Assembly: GCA_910592345.1 (NCBI GenBank)
Contig: CAJVPI010000047.1
Coordinates: 1-64,000 of the forward strand
Length of the DNA: 64,000 nucleotides
Direction: 5' to 3'
From: Paraglomus brasilianum
Lineage: Eukaryota
The notes below the pieces were generated by a model. It did no database searches. It was not told the origin of the DNA and was given only the letters and a program-made list of their open reading frames with translations. Made by a program: the position numbers and the translations under genes. This document shows positions 1 to 12,682 of this stretch, piece after piece; the first letter of the stretch is position 1; every line of letters begins with the position of its first letter.

Positions 1-187
1 CTTGATCAGCTGCTTTTTGATACCATTCAACTGCCTTTTGTTCATCTTTTTCTACTCCAGTTCCACTTTCATAACACCAACCAAGATTAAATTGTGCACT
101 AGCATTTCCTTGATCAGCTGCTTTGGCAAATTCTTTGAAAGCGTATCTTAGAAAGTCGTCATTCTCAAAGATAGTAATAGAAGCCAT
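1..187 (-). CDS. Sel1-like repeat protein, 5' end (runs off the left window edge)
   Basis: ATG at 187 reads MASITIFENDDFLRYAFKEFAKAADQGNASAQFNLGWCYESGTGVEKDEQKAVEWYQKAADQ, a canonical Sel1 repeat. Close paralog of 53622-54748. Confidence 0.9.
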   Translation of the reverse strand, partial: MASITIFENDDFLRYAFKEFAKAADQGNASAQFNLGWCYESGTGVEKDEQKAVEWYQKAADQ

Positions 188-1163
188 TTTTTGTTACGAT
201 TGGTTAGCTATTTTGCTAAGAAAGTTTCATGCATACTAATACGACGGGCCATTTTTGGTGCTACTTCTTGTACCACATTGTTTAATGAGGAAACTCCGGT
301 TTTCCAAGATACCAGATTCCTGCGTAAAACCGCAAAGCAGTAAGCATTATCGATTGTTGCTTATGATTAGCCAACTAATTAATTCAGTGCCATAATAATT
401 TATTTCACAAAGTGTTTCAAAAAAAATCTATTCTCAAATAAATGGTATGTAAATTGAAAAAAGGATCGATCTTGCGAGTTATCGGTTTTGAGCAGTAATC
501 GATTGCTGTATCAATCTCACAATATTCTCACTCACAGTCGAAGAATTAAGCTTGTTTGCAGTCATCAAAAAATAACATCCGAAACTCGAAAATAAAATTA
601 AATGCAAGTTCGGTTGTTTTTTTTTGGTGGATCTGATGCGTTCATTTCACTTGACGTGAAAGGGATGTGCTTTGAATTTTAGTTTTTTTGGGGGCCAATT
701 TCTTAACACACTGTATTAGTATGTCTGCGCGTTACAAAAAAAACCAGAACAATGGTTAGTCATGTTTGGACCATTTCAGATGAGATCCAGGCTAGAGACG
801 TGCAAACACGTCCAGATAAAAATTTCACATTCCGAGGTTTCTATAAAAACAACGGCAGGTGGTGTGTGTTGAGAACTTCAGTTATTGGCCAGGATAGCAA
901 CGACCCTCGCTCCTGATTCTTATCTTGTATGATAGCGAGCGACAAACAAAAATTTAGCGCAGAAATCTTGCTGTGCAAATGTGTTAAGTTGCGTGTGACT
1001 TTTACCCATTTATTATTATAACAAGAACAATTACTATGTGATGATAATACATTAATTCATTATTCCATACGTAGTTGGTTGATATCTATCTGTATAATGA
1101 TACAAATGAATATACATAATAATAATAATCATAGTAGATGCTATGGATGATATTGATTACAAC

Positions 1164-2915
1164 TTAAGTAGTTTCCAACAATGAGTCAACGAGTGCAATA
1201 ACCTAGTGCAAATTTGTGCATTGGTAAGCATATGAAGCACAATATCAAAAGATCAAATTATTCTTATCACGTGTATTAAGGTAGTTTTGTTACCTGATGA
1301 ATATCTGGTCTTAGCTTGGGTTCGACGACGAACATGTACGTGATTAGATCATTAAACTCGGATGAATATCTAGACAACAATTTCATATATAAGTATGTGA
1401 TCAAAGATCAACGTTATAACGGCACATGGTACTATAGACTTACTGATCATTTTCAGGAAACCGAATCTGAGCGTTAATCGCTGCCAATGCAATCGAACCT
1501 CCATCTTCAGTTGAACTAGACTCAAAGGGTGATTTACCATATGCCATAGCGTACAACGTACATCCAAGAGACTGTAATCAGAAAACACAAGCGTTAAAAG
1601 AACTCTAATACATTATGCACGCAAGGCAAAAGAATTATAAAATGTGTGGTATCTATACTCTGATGCATACATTCTGATGCATACATCAGCGTTGGCGCAA
1701 ACGGGACCAATTACAATGTAAAATCATACCAATTGGCGCCAACATTGATACATGCATCAATTTGAGATGCTCGAAATACGGAATATTCAACGTACCCAGA
1801 TATCGACTTTCTCATCCAATTGGGTGTTCGTCTTCACGTCAAATAATTCAGGAGCTCGATATGGCATTGTAGAACGCTCTGCTGCCAGATCTTGCTGTGA
1901 CAATGCTTGCGCTCTATTCACAATCTTTATTCGCGCACGAATTAAGGACCCGAAATCCATGAGTATGGCTGCATCACCTTCGTCAGATATCAAAACATTC
2001 CTAATTGAAAATAATATCTAAGTATCCATCTACAGATGGATAGTTATAGGTATAAATCCATAGAGTATAATGCTATACGCACCCCGGTTTAATATCACGA
2101 TGGGCAAATGGAACAAGATTGCTTGAGCCAGTTTGACCATTTGGTTGTGAGTCTTCGCGACTGATTGGTACGGCTGGCAGTTGATAGGTGTGTAGAGCTC
2201 GTACAGCATAACAGATTTGACGGAATAATTTCAGCATTTCAGTCTCGTCAAATCGAGTATTGTTCAAATTATGCTCATCGATAGCATCTTGAAGATTACC
2301 ACGCTATTAATCAACAAAACGAAGAAATGTTTGTCCAGTATTGATAGAAATTCATTAAAAAGCTACAATTATACCGTTAAGGCGATAATAAATACCTTAT
2401 AATATGGCAAGAATATATAAACTATCTTTGCACCATCTTTATCCTGTACAACGCAAGTATCCTACACGATTGAAAACGCAAGAGTAAATAACACAAAAAA
2501 AATTCGCATATATTTATTAAAAAAAAGAAAAAATAGGGAGAACGTACAATAACTTTTATAATATTTTCATGTTGGAACAAACGATACATTTCAACTTCCT
2601 TCATAGCATCCTTGACAGAATCGCTACCAAACGGACATCTTATGATCTTTAAAGCATACAACAGACCAGTATTTGTATCCTTCACGAGATAAACATAAGA
2701 AAACCCCCTAATTCATAAGAGCGCTAAAGATTAATAAGAGGAAGAATTCCTTAACCATAGTATAGTCCTTGAAAAAATCCGACAGACTCTGCCAATTACC
2801 CTTCACCCAACAATTTGACCATTCTAAAGGTTCTTCTGTTGAGATAGATAGTGGGACTAGAGAAGCATGATGTCATCGCATATAGCGTATCTCGAATAGC
2901 GCCAAACATCGACAT
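1164..2915 (-). CDS. NAK-family Ser/Thr kinase, STK16/Env7-like (8 exons)
   Basis: Exons 2915-2800, 2707-2548, 2461-2396, 2303-~2083, 2000-1796, 1571-1444, 1369-1294 and 1202-1164 join in frame with GT-AG sites. Motifs: LGEGGFSYV, YALK, HRDIKPGN, MDFGS, PYRAPE, KVDIWSLGC, plus an N-terminal Cys typical of Env7/STK16. Confidence 0.92.
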
Positions 2916-3265
2916 TGTGTATTTGTATCCACTCTATCTCGAATGTAAATGTGTCTCGTCTTGTTTCTTCCCTACAAACTGTTTCCACTTGATACGAATT
3001 TATGCCAGATACCGAAAGACTAGAAGAAAGCTCCTCGCAGCCGAACAAAAAGATTCTTTACAAAAGTTCAGTCGCTGTGTGGAAACATACTACGTGTGAG
3101 TGGGAAGACAGATCTGAAACACTAACGAGAAAAAAGTTTGTATGGTTTGTCTGTGTCTCCGCGGGAAGCGATACAATTGCCATATCCATAATCACAGTCG
3201 GGATGGGCCACGCACATATCCGTGTTAGTCACACATACCAAAAAATCAAGTGGCTTTGGTGGACG

Positions 3266-3292
3266 CCACAATGACCACAATGACCACAATGA
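3266..3292. repeat. 9-bp tandem repeat (CCACAATGA)x3
   Basis: Seen directly in the sequence. Confidence 0.8.
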
Positions 3293-4125
3293 CGTTGCGA
3301 TTTTCGAAACTGAGAATAGTACAAGCACGATGGAAAAAGTTGGAAAAAGAAGCTTGACGAAGAGATGGGCTGTCAAAAATGCTTCAAGTATTTGTTCAAA
3401 GCCCTTGATAAGATTAATATAAAAGTTTAAACTTTATTTAATTCCCATTATCATTCTCCATTATATTGTTTTCCCGTCTCTTCTTTAATAAAAGACCTTA
3501 GGTTTACATGCACCAGGTTTAATACGTATGAATTAAACACTTATACTTCCACTGTCATAATTCTGTCCTAATTATTCTGCATATTATGTAAATGCTTGAT
3601 GTCGAAATGCCATACTCTGTTGTGATAAAACAAAAATACAGCATGCCCCGGTAAACTAGCTTATCGTAATGTTAAGTTCGTATGACGAGCTTGTTTTTGT
3701 ACTCGGGAATGACATGCGAATGCTTTAACGGGTCAAATACTCGAGAGTGCTAACTTGTTGTATCATAGGCATTCTTATCAGGATCAATCGAAAAAAACCG
3801 TTATTGCCTTTGGATCGGATCATTGCTTTCTGCTTTATAGTTTAGTACAATAAATTTATTAATATTGATTATTGCATATGTAGCCATCTATCTATTATTC
3901 AAAAAGGAATATTTAAAACGCTCAATTCAAAAAGTTATTTAACGAGATTAGAATAAGAGGGTAATGGGGTTGGAAAGATTGTTCATTAGTTCTCTTAACG
4001 CAGCCGCAAGTAGGAAAAAAAAATATAAAACTATGTATAATCTATTATCAAAAGTTTCGTACAAAACGTAATTTAATTGTCGAAAATAACCCAAGGGTTC
4101 TATACAAGATATTGCCAGTCTAACT

Positions 4126-5052
4126 CTATTTCCCTAGCTTCTTCCTCAACGCTCTCTGTCTTTTCCTCAGCTTCTTATGCTTGTGTTTATTCATCTTCAG
4201 CCTTTTCTTCTGTTTTATATTCGTACAGTAAACGCCACCTTTCTTATCTTCCTCGCCATCCTCATCATCCAATTCCTCCCGTGCAGCTTTGCGCTCTTGT
4301 TCATGCAAAGCCTTTGCCCATTCCGACTCGCCTTCACGAACTTTCGATTCGAGCTCATTAAAGAAACGATTCACCATTCTTTCTGCTTCAATAGGATCGA
4401 GAGAAGACGAAGAGTTTGAAGAAAAGGGCGTCGAGGCTGGCGTGGGCGGGTGGAATGTGGATTGAGTTGACAAACTTAAGCGAGAGGAGAGAGAACTTTG
4501 AGGGTGGGTTGATAATTCTTCTTCAGTTTCTATAAAAGGTGGTAAAGATAATGTTATCTTCTAATCCATGTTGATAGACGCTATTCCAGTAGTTGATCTA
4601 GTGTTTAGGAAGCAGCAACCCGCAGTCTTTTTATTTAGTCGTTTGCTCCGAAATATCCAAGCACGCTCACCCTACTCTATCCCCCCCTCTCATAACCAAA
4701 AAGTATACAATGGCTTACCTTCTATCTCTTCTTCCTCTTCCCAACTGAATCCTTGCCCGCGGTCCCAGTTTGCCTGCAACTGTTCACTACCGAGGGTCAA
4801 CAGTGGTCTATGTAAAGCAAAAAAAGTCCTATGTGCCAACTCTCTCTCGCTTATATGGCTCGGCTTCACAAACGGCACTTCCTGTTGCTTCTGTCTCGGA
4901 GGAAGATTGCGTTTATAGCTTGACGAAGAGTATTCACGAGAGCTGTGTGATAATATCGGACGATGAACGAGCAGCAGATCCGAGTTTCTGAGGAAAAAGG
5001 ATTGACTGCGTGGCCAGAGCCATAGTCGTATGGGAGATATTAAGGAGGACAT
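4126..5052 (-). CDS. Mitochondrial COX24/mS38-like protein (DUF1713-type basic C-terminus), 2 exons
   Basis: Exons 5052-4719 and 4529-4126 join in frame. The N-terminus is presequence-like, contains RTFFALHRPL, and the C-terminus is KQKKRLKMNKHKHKKLRKRQRALRKKLGK. Confidence 0.8.
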
Positions 5053-6432
5053 TTGGTTGTTTTCTGAGACAGCGAGAAGAATAATCGAAAGTAGTAGTGT
5101 GCAGACTGTATGTATTTAATTAATGAATGGTATAAAGCGGCTTGAGACGAGAAAGGGGCAGATGGATCTTTATAAGGGGTACTAGAATTGGTATGTGCAG
5201 AGACGGCAATGTGATCTTCGGGTTAGTCATCTGGCTTCCATAAATGTACGCTATTAATATCGATATACTAATACCATCTATTTCAGGGGGCGAATCATAT
5301 TAATATTAATATTGTCCCACCTGGTATTAACAGAATAATGGTAATGAATAGTATTGGCAGTCACATTACTGACACATGACAAAGGTCATATTAGCATTAG
5401 TCTTTAACTTGCATCGTTGTGAATAAAAGTTCCTCGCGATAGTCTTTAACATGCATGACTATATTACAGATATCTGAATCAAATAAACATGTCCTATTAA
5501 AGAAAAGCGATTGCATTTTGCAAAGCATGCGAGTGATTGCGTGAGAAGAGAGATTGTTCCATCCAATACATCAACAGAATGTCAATCCTTATTCCTTTGG
5601 TCATTCTGATGCAAAACTAAAATTCATTTCAATTTCTACTACTATTATCGATTTATCACTAAATTGTCTATCCTTTTCTCTTCTATCGCCAAGTTCTTTT
5701 CTCCTTCTTTTTATATTACGGACTAGGTACATGAGCATTATTTGTGCTACACCGTTGTTGGAAACTGCAGCATTTGTTTTTGGTTTTAATAATTATTGGT
5801 TGCATTACATTCATAGCGAACTTGTTTCTGTACATCGTTTACTATTGGTCTCACATGTCGCACACGACAACAAATCCATCCGTACGGACGCGATTTCCAT
5901 AAAAATATCGAAGCGCATTTGAAAAGTTGGAAAGGCGAGAAGAGTGAAAACAATAATAATAAGCAGGAACACTTGCAAAACCACAACTCAGACAAGCAAT
6001 CATGGAAGACTATTCGCTGACCCAATTGGAAATATTTTATTCTCACCATGGTAGTCGTGCGTAGAGAATGCTAAGTAACATAGCAATTGACTTAAACACT
6101 GTTAATTAATATTAATACGAATCGGAGAACGTGATATTATAAAACAGTTTCAGTAAGCCGAATAAGAAGCAAGCTATAAAAAGTGCGGACTATACCCGGC
6201 TGATGATGAAGGATACGGATATAACGTTCGCTGGTCAAGAACAGATTCAGATGACCATACGAACACCTTGCAATCTAGGTAGATACTCCCTTAAAAAGAA
6301 CCTCATACTTTTTAATTTAGCGAAAATGGCTCATTTTATGCCTTGTTATACTCTTTCAAAATAAAGAATTTTGCATCATAATGCATTAGTTAGGAATATT
6401 TTAGTTGCTTATAGTCAAAATAGCTTAATATA

Positions 6433-6572
6433 CACCGCCCTACAATAAATCACCGGATTTCACGAAACTTTACTAGTAAAACATATGAAAAGTCTTTCTT
6501 TTCAAAAATATCTCTTGCTATGCAAATGACAACAGTTTATATGTTTTACTAGTGATTTATTGTAGGGCAGTG
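6433..6572. mobile_element. 140-bp Tc1/mariner-type MITE
   Basis: TIR CACCGCCCTACAATAAATCAC / GTGATTTATTGTAGGGCAGTG (1 mismatch), TA on both sides, and an inner inverted repeat ACTAGTAAAACATAT / ATATGTTTTACTAGT. Confidence 0.8.
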
Positions 6573-7350
6573 TATACTTACAGTGTGTAACAAAAAAAGA
6601 GATATTTTTAAATCGGTTCCATAAATTGCTTCAACTTTTCACAATTTTTGGCGTCCTTCTCTCAACATTATATTTAACGATACACCAAAGATTTTCTATA
6701 GGACTGTTAGATGGCCAAGCCACAATTTGTCGAATATTTTTCTGAATAAAATCTTTGTCCTGCTGGAACTTCCACCTTTTACCAAGCATCTGATTGATGT
6801 TAGGAAGTGTGTGCAGAAGCGGATCGTCTTCTTACGCTGCTTTAATTGAGGGATGGAGATATTTGTTGCGAAATATGTGACAGATAGGAAGTGCCATAAG
6901 TGACAAATAATCCATTTCTATTCTTCGTCGTCTGTAATTTGCTAATCTGCGAGCATTAAATAATTGGTCGAGTAATTGGTATCTTAAATTACAATCGACT
7001 ATTCAGCTTAGTGGAACTTTCATCGTAAATGGCATCCTGAGAAAATTTAATTCTAATAGTAACGCACAGCATAATTAATATACTGTACATGCTTTGTAAA
7101 TGGCGTATCTACTGTTATTATAGCGTCATGGTAACAGTTTTGATCAAGAGATTGGCGTTCGTTTTTATTCCTCATCAATGAAAGGTACAAGAAAAATGGA
7201 CAAGTATACATTATTTAGTGCTTATTAATAGGTTACTTCTAATATTTGTCGAATTTCTGTAAAATTATGTAATAACGCGTTGTTACCACGATTGTTTCAC
7301 TCCCAACGCGTAATAGAACAACAACCAATAGAGCCTGTTACGCACAGACC

Positions 7351-7438
7351 TTTTTCACAGCAGGCCGTTCGCCGTATGCCAGGGCTGATTACCTCACTGG
7401 CAACTTTCTCAAGCCGTGACGCTTTCGATTCCCCGATT
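7351..7438. repeat. Dispersed repeat copy 1 (related copies at 8124-8210 and 34210-34248)
   Basis: Shared blocks TCACAGCAGGCCGT, CTGGCAACTTTC.CAAGC.GTGAC and CGCTTTC.ATTCCCCGATT. Confidence 0.7.
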
Positions 7439-7771
7439 AGGGATTAACTTTGGATCCCTGGTAACTCGGCGGACCCAGTGAGCAACTCACATTGTTTCGG
7501 CGTCGATAACAATGTGTAAATTTGTATAGAAAAGTAATATATAATGTGAGGAGCATCTTAGATATGAATCGCTTTAGCTTCAAAATACGTCCGCTTTGGG
7601 TTCAAACAATGTTTCCACTTTTCTTGCCACTCCTCAATTGGTTTCTGTTAAAATAAATTATGCAAGTGATGAGTATAAATATGGTTTGTTAGAATAAGGA
7701 GATAAGTAGAGTAATAATAAAACACATGATGTATCTCTTGTCATTGAGAAAAAGAGCTATTGAATAACTAC

Positions 7772-7833
7772 CTTCGTATTCAACGCGCACGCACGCACGC
7801 ATCATTTGGTTCAATCTCCAACGATTTGTTGGT
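7772..7833 (-). pseudogene. Possible TPR-repeat exon relic
   Basis: AG/GT-bounded segment reading TNKSLEIEPNDA..., TPR-like, interrupted by a (GCGT)n expansion. It is very short. Confidence 0.3.
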
Positions 7834-8123
7834 CTAACAGCAATAAATAAATGATAGCTGACATTTGGAAACCTAAGGAATGAGTGTGTTATTGTGAAGT
7901 AATCGTTATAATTAGTAGGCTATTCGTAAATATTTGCGTCAGTTTCGCTTTCATGTACCTACGTTATGTAAAGTAGAACCGTATTACTATCCCCGGATTG
8001 TCCGAGTCCCAAATCCTACTACGTCCGCTTCATTTCTCAAATGATATACGATTGCCTTCCCTTGGCAATTGGTTTATACTGTCCCGCTTATTATCATATG
8101 AGCTTTACCTTATCAAGGTAACA

Positions 8124-8210
8124 TTTTTTACGACAGGCGGTGGGTATTCCGAGCCAGGGACTGGCAACTTTCGCAAGCTGTGACCACGAAGCGCTTTCAA
8201 TTCCCCGATT
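8124..8210. repeat. Dispersed repeat copy 2
   Basis: Aligns by eye with 7351-7438, with small indels. Confidence 0.7.
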
Positions 8211-9709
8211 TGAGATTCCTAGGATAAATCGATAGAGTGAGAGTGGAAGGAGAGTGGTGAGAGAGTGAAGAAACGAGTTTGGGAGAAACACGTTTTATAT
8301 AATACACAATAATCAATTGTTTACTGCACGAATGAAAATTTTTTCACATGAAACTTCTAGAAAATTCATCAGCAAACGCGACATCAATTGTTTGTTTTAA
8401 ATATAGATATAATACATCAGCATGTATGACATCATTACTAATAATGGCCAAATGACAAATATTGATTCGCATCTGATTGTGTTTAAGGTATTGTCCATTT
8501 ATCAGTATTATTATTATGATAGATTGATGTGGCTGCGTGAGCCATTAATTAAAAAGTCACGTATTATAGATATATATCAATATGTTATACGTTTATAAAA
8601 AATTCTTCTTTATATCAAGCCCATAGTTATTTTATAATGTTTTATTATTTCCAGCTCTTGACCGCAAATGCTCAATCATATTTCAAAGCTTGGCCAATCT
8701 AACAGAACTCTGGCCTAGTTCATTAGAATTCATCTTGTAAAGTCTTAAGGTGTTAGCTACAATCAAAAATTTTCTGTAAGGGGGAATAGCGTGGACATAG
8801 TCGAGTAGACCGAACTTAATCTATGAATCGATGATCCCTCCGTTTATTGCACGATTATTCATGCGAGTAAAGACAAAGGCAATCTTGTATATCCTAATAA
8901 GCCCAACATTAAGATCACCGTCACTCCCTGCTGTCAGCAAGGACATAAACACACGTAGCTTACTGAGAATCAACTTATCGTTGGGGAAGAAAGGTTTGAC
9001 TAAGAGCTAATTCTTAAGAGCCGTGTCATTGCTTTCCTTTTCTTCGACCAATCTACTTATTACTTACGCTCAACGCTCTAAATTACTAATCTGGAGGAAT
9101 TACTATTCTGGGAAGTAGAACGCTCCTTCTATTTTCGAATACTCCTAGAATATAATGTAACACAAACTCATTATCCTAACTACTGTATATTATAACAATA
9201 TGTTTTTACACTCACTCAAAGTAACCAAAGAGACTATCGATGTTCGATCAGGTTTATATAGTTCTGCAAATCACACACAACAAAATCCATAGAAGAATTA
9301 ATACTGTCTTCAGTATGCTCAGATTGTCTCTTTGTTTGTCAATTGGGCCATGTCAGATGAAGACTCTGTTTTTTGAACGAAGAATTATCTAATGTAACGG
9401 CACGTCACATCAGTTTGCCATTTCATTGGCCAACAATATCAGATCTCAGTTCACACAAACGAACATTAAGACAATGTCTAGCGAGGCTCCCGTCAATTAT
9501 AAGGCATATGATTAAACATTGCCTCAACACATCGTTCTTTCAGCGGGATACCGGTGCACAAGGCAAGTCTGTGGGTTTATAAAATATTACCACTACCACG
9601 ACAACGCTATATATTCCGTTTTTTTTATGCGGTGTATCTAACCTAAGTCAATTCGATTACATGGTGTAGACAATAAAAGAACGCAAAACTTCAATTCGAT
9701 TACATCAAT

Positions 9710-10463
9710 CGCCATAGATTACTGGACAGGCGTACCGGCAACAATAAACGGCATGCTACGGCTCAGTAACTTCGACTGACACCAAGGCTTCACAATCGTA
9801 TTCTCAAACCTCCTCGCATTTCGACCGCCTATGCATCAGCCGCGTTTCCAAGCATTTCCTTTTAAAGCATTTTAACAAAGTTGATCTCGATAGAATATTC
9901 ATAAAACAGGCTGAACAATCTTACTTGGCTAAAGAGAAACAAGAGGGGCGAGTTGAGAGCTTTATCTGTGAGGGTTTACAGACATTTACACCCGAAGAAG
10001 GGAAATATGATTTGATCTGGGTACTGTCGCATCTAACTGATGAGGATTTGGTGTCGTTTCTGGTGCGGTGCAAACGAAGTTTGAAAGTGAATGGCATCAT
10101 TGGAATAATGGAGAATGTTACGACGGTAGGCTATAGTTTTGACAAGGAGGACGTAGTGTTACGAGGCGAGGCGAGTATGTTGACAACGTATTTACCAATA
10201 GCTTTCTCATCGACTCGTGTCATAATCTTTATGCATATACTCTTTTTGTTCTTCAGATCCAATGCGTTGTTTAAAGAAACTTTTCATAAAGCCGGTCTTC
10301 GAATTTTAAAAAATGAGAAGCAGCACGGATTCCCATCAGGTTTGTTTTTTGTGCGAATGTAAGCGGGTTGACTGATATATATGACGTTTCGTTTCTTAAC
10401 AATGGTGTACAATTGTATAATAGGTACGCTCTTGAACCAGAGGAGGTAACGGACTCTTGTTGA
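9710..10463 (+). pseudogene. Alpha-N-terminal protein methyltransferase (NTM1/Tae1/NTMT1) pseudogene
   Basis: Recognisable blocks YWTGVPATINGML, ISRVSKHFLLKHFNKVDL, GLQTFTPEEGKYDLIW, VLSHLTDEDLVSFL and GFPSGLFFVRM/YAL. The SAM motif I (DCGAG) is missing, WxQW has collapsed to W, there are frameshifts near 9720 and 10152, and no clear start codon. Confidence 0.8.
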
Positions 10464-10663
10464 AGATCAGCGGAATAACGTGTCCTTATAACAAAAGGAC
10501 GATAAAACTAGTGAAACTTGTATGTAGCTATCATTACCTAGTCACATAACGGGCAATAGCACGTCACTGTTATTATGTACGAGTTGTGTATAAATATTGG
10601 CAATATTCATCAAACATTATAAACATCTCAAATTCTGTCTGGCATTTATATTCCATGCTGCAT

Positions 10664-12682
10664 TTAATAATATATCGATCGTGTACGATGCGCTCTTATA
10701 CGCAATTCACTCTGATATTTCTTTGCGTAATCCCATATGAAAAAGTCAATAAGAATTGCGTTAACAGGTAGATAATCGCCTTCTTGTATCTTGCTGACGA
10801 GCACGCGTCGAATAAGCTCGACGGCCCATATGGAGCAACCTATAAAAATTATATAATTAACAACTGGTTATGCTTTTTCAGTAAAATATAATCTATGAAT
10901 CACTTACCGCGAATCTCAACCTCTAGTCGTGACCCGTTTGGTAAAATTGTTAGAGAGTCAAGTAATGATATGAGATGAGAGGAATATGAGATAGCATTAA
11001 TGCGATAGAGAGCCTTGATATAAATTACTTCATTTAGTTAAGTAGCTTGCATCTCAATCAACTTTGAGAAGAATACAATATCTCACCTGTGGCACTCTTG
11101 AGTTTCAACAATAGAATTTGTAAGTTTCTTTTTTGCTTTAACAAAGATTTGAGATTGCTGATAACTAAATAACGTACCTGTAGTCGGCAAACATTGTGAT
11201 TTTATCGATATCGTGAAATTCACCGTAACTTTGTGATTCGAAACAGGCCCTGTTAAACGCATATGACAATATCAATAGCCCATTGCATAAATGTTCGGAC
11301 AGCATTCTCGTAACATTCTATACTCATACCATATGTCTGCAATTAATATCTGGGCTCTTTTATAGAACTTCACTGTCCGTCCCTTGTATTCAGTTTCGTC
11401 TCTAAATGAGACAAAATTATCTGTAATGATTTCTAAAAGCTTCATGGCTGATTTGTTGGCTTCTCGCACGCAATTGGCGAATGTTCCATCAAACTTCTGT
11501 ATGTTTTGGAACGACAAAAGGTGTAAATCGCAAGTCGTAATAAACGTTTCTGACAAAATAATATTCTTTACCTCAACAAGAACACGTCCAGCGTCTCTCA
11601 TTAATTTGATTCGTTGTTGTAATAAAGGAATTTGCTCCTCAGTATCTGAACGAAAAATATATCCAATCTGCTCGTCAGTCAGCTGCTCATCCGAAGCATA
11701 GATTGATGCAGTAGTTACCGGAACATTTTCTGCCAAGGCTATAAATGTCGGCTTTGGTTAATAAATGAGTAACAAAATCGAGGAGTCTCAATGATCTGAA
11801 GACTTGCGTAGATACTTCAGATCTTTTTTTTCCGATGAAGCAACATGTCGAGTAATCAAGATTGAAGACTGCATGTATAAATGTATGATTCGACAGGTCT
11901 TTCAGCTTCTCTGCTCCACATTAGTTGAAGTTTTCTACTATTCCGTGATTAATCCAGTCAATTCGGCACTCAAAAGTTTCTGATAGAAGACTCCCAGGTT
12001 TGGGTGATTATCAGAAATTGAGATCTTGTCTAATCCCCCCTAAGTATGCAGGTCATTGAGACTTAAGAGCATAGATGAAGACATTTTTGTATAGCTTGCC
12101 TCTATTTATAGCTGCACACAAAGACCAATACCCAGTATATAGTTGATTATTGAACGAAACAGTAAAACGATCAGGACAGTTGCCTGTATCATCTCGGTCG
12201 AGGTCAGACCAAAATGAAAAGTTTAAGAGATCAACAAGAAATATCCTAATACCAATATAACGTTTAGCAAACTTTGACTCGTGTGCAAAATCGTTAGTCA
12301 CTCAACAAACTTGCCAGTCGATCGCTCGTTCATTAGGTGTTTTCGGGTGCAATTGATGTTGCTTCCAAGTTGCCATTGAATAACTCTCTTTCTTCATGTT
12401 CTCATAGAGCTTCGTACCACAAGGAACAAGTGAAAGTTAGAATAACAGATCAAAGCAAATCTTGACATCTAAAGTGTAAGGACTGAATCCTGCGTATGTA
12501 TCTCTACCGTGTTAGCAATATCTTTAATACTGTCTTCATTGATCGCAACATCTTTACTGTTCTTGATTTAGTATAGATTGGTATTTTAGTGATTCTTAAC
12601 ATGATATTCAACCCTAATTCAGAAGACTAACTTCGGAAATAAATTTGGCGCTCTCAAGCACGGGATTGACAGAAGCTTCCAT
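10664..12682 (-). CDS. QNG1: Queuosine 5'-phosphate N-glycosylase / queuosine salvage protein (DUF2419, C9orf64 family), multi-exon
   Basis: Motifs NPVLESAKFI, WIFLVDLLNFSFWSD, YTGYWSLCAAINRAL, FYKRAQILIADIW, TMFADYRVPQ, EVEIRGCSIWAVE, NAILIDFFIWD and HRTRSIYY*. Assembles in frame. Confidence 0.93.
11784..12063. mobile_element. 280-bp fold-back/MITE-like element inside a QNG1 intron
   Basis: Imperfect 22-bp terminal inverted repeat AGTCTCAATGATCTGAAGACTT / AAGTATGCAGGTCATTGAGACT, plus internal hairpins. Confidence 0.55.
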
